From Chiloscyllium plagiosum (lineage: Eukaryota): a stretch of 64,000 nucleotides of DNA. A program made the translations under genes and the position numbers. Location of the stretch: assembly GCF_004010195.1 (NCBI RefSeq), contig NC_057719.1:74650043-74714042 (forward strand). Direction: 5' to 3'. Positions within the stretch are counted from its first letter, which is position 1. Each line of letters begins with the position of its first letter. Positions 63,991 to 64,000 of this stretch are shown piece by piece. Below the pieces are notes generated by a model. That model worked only from the letters and a program-made list of their open reading frames with translations, was not told the DNA's origin and did no database searches.

Positions 63991-64000
63991 AATGAGATAT

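Noticed and set aside
1..64000. CRISPR arrays, rRNA, snRNA or prokaryote-type systems
   Set aside because: None seen; the window is eukaryotic intronic/intergenic DNA with no regularly spaced repeat-spacer array.

Overview
Vertebrate genomic DNA, almost certainly from an elasmobranch (shark), judged from HE1/V-domain SINEs and HER1/CR1 LINEs, with a 500-N scaffold gap at 5650-6149. The only recognisable host gene is SRSF5-like on the minus strand. Two internal exons (2156-2263 and 546-615) have the intron phases of SRSF5 exons 4 and 5; the upstream exons are not visible and may lie in the gap. From about 7.3 kb onward the window looks like intron or intergenic sequence of an unidentified, probably plus-strand unit. 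It is packed with CR1, L2 and L1/Tx1 LINE fragments, four SINE families, three solo LTRs and Penelope-derived pieces. Most ORF-track entries are spurious or transposon fragments. Most interesting observations: (1) a decayed ~950-bp minus-strand reading frame at 62842-63790 that aligns by eye to the cap-methyltransferase region of a Mononegavirales L protein (candidate endogenous viral element, unverified); (2) at least three families of tiny, often fold-back elements carrying minimal hammerhead-ribozyme cores, several flanked by TSDs, including a palindrome with a hammerhead on each strand; (3) a fold-back mini-Penelope with a 13-bp TSD; (4) an unexplained ~150-bp inverted repeat pair about 920 bp apart. 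All family assignments come from visual recognition only.
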